Sequence record: NC_048016.1
Direction: 5' to 3' (one strand)
Length of the DNA stretch: 64,000 bases
In this document: piece by piece, positions 63,434 through 64,000 of the stretch
Position numbering within the stretch: the first letter of the stretch is position 1
How the letters are laid out: each line of letters opens with the position of its first letter
Made by a program: the position numbers and the translations under genes
Notes under the pieces: model-generated
Database searches by the model: none
Told to the model about the DNA's origin: nothing
What the model saw: the letters and a program-made list of their open reading frames with translations, nothing else

Positions 63434-64000
63434 TGTTCGATAGGTTCCAGACAATTGTCAATAGCCACATCAGCCGGGCAATTGCGGCACCTGCCATCAA
63501 CTACAGCGCTATCGTCACCATCAAGGGCATCACGCTCAAAGTGTTGAAGGTGCGGGACGTTATCCACAGCAGTAACTTCGTGGGGGCGGTCTCAACGATA
63601 ACGCACATCACGATGGCAGTCCCGACCTCCCAGATGCGACTACTGACCACCCGTGCCAACGGAAACATGAATGTCAAACTCCTTACCTTGGCCGGTGAGA
63701 AGATTTTGAACACCGTGAACTACAATGGCGTGGTGGTCGGTACCCGTGACCCGGACATGGAATCCCCGACGATGTTCTTGGGGGAGTCTGATGATAAGTC
63801 GGTGGCCATGGTAACGCTTGAGCTGATGCCAGCCTCACTGTGGTACCAGCGTCTGAAGAACGTGGGCGGGACGTATCACGGGACGGATGGTCTCACGCTA
63901 CTGCGTAAACTGTTGGTTGATACCCTGCCCAATCAGCAGGCCGAAGCCGGCATTGTGCACTCGATTCAGTACGAGACGGAAGAGCAGCAACTTTATCGGG
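63433..64000 (+). CDS. Virion/baseplate protein (phiKZ gp101 position), truncated by the window end
   Basis: ATG 63433 overlaps the previous stop; the frame is open to 64000 (manually translated). Confidence 0.8.
   Translation, partial: MFDRFQTIVNSHISRAIAAPAINYSAIVTIKGITLKVLKVRDVIHSSNFVGAVSTITHITMAVPTSQMRLLTTRANGNMNVKLLTLAGEKILNTVNYNGVVVGTRDPDMESPTMFLGESDDKSVAMVTLELMPASLWYQRLKNVGGTYHGTDGLTLLRKLLVDTLPNQQAEAGIVHSIQYETEEQQLYR

Noticed and set aside
1-64000. CRISPR array, transposase, integrase, intein or stop-codon reassignment
   Set aside because: No spaced direct repeats or diagnostic motifs seen. Core genes are full length in the standard code and there is no suppressor tRNA.

Overview
A 64 kb segment of a phiKZ-related, nucleus-forming jumbo phage (Chimalliviridae). 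Gene order resembles the SPN3US/Erwinia-phage type; this is an inference from recalled synteny, not a database hit. 1-3.8 kb holds an orphan TAXI solute-binding protein and an RNA island. The island has 8 canonical tRNAs (Gly, Tyr, Glu x2, Trp, Asp, Ser, Asn) interleaved with several non-tRNA structured elements. These are two large ORF-free RNAs (~570 and ~450 nt), 'tRNA-framed' RNAs that keep an acceptor stem and T-arm but carry large inserts, and degenerate tRNAs. 7-41 kb is the conserved core: split family-B DNA polymerase, chimallin, non-virion RNAP subunits, SbcD-like nuclease, ChmC-like and PicA-like proteins, SF2 helicase, a chaperone-like gene pair with a candidate -1 frameshift, and a virion RNAP subunit. 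43-64 kb holds head, inner-body and baseplate genes plus a DHFR island. Two recurrent promoter motifs and many intrinsic terminators are visible. No CRISPR array, integrase, transposase, intein or intron was recognised. The most novel-looking signals are the ncRNA set in the tRNA island and the frameshift candidate. phiKZ gp numbers come from synteny and are provisional.
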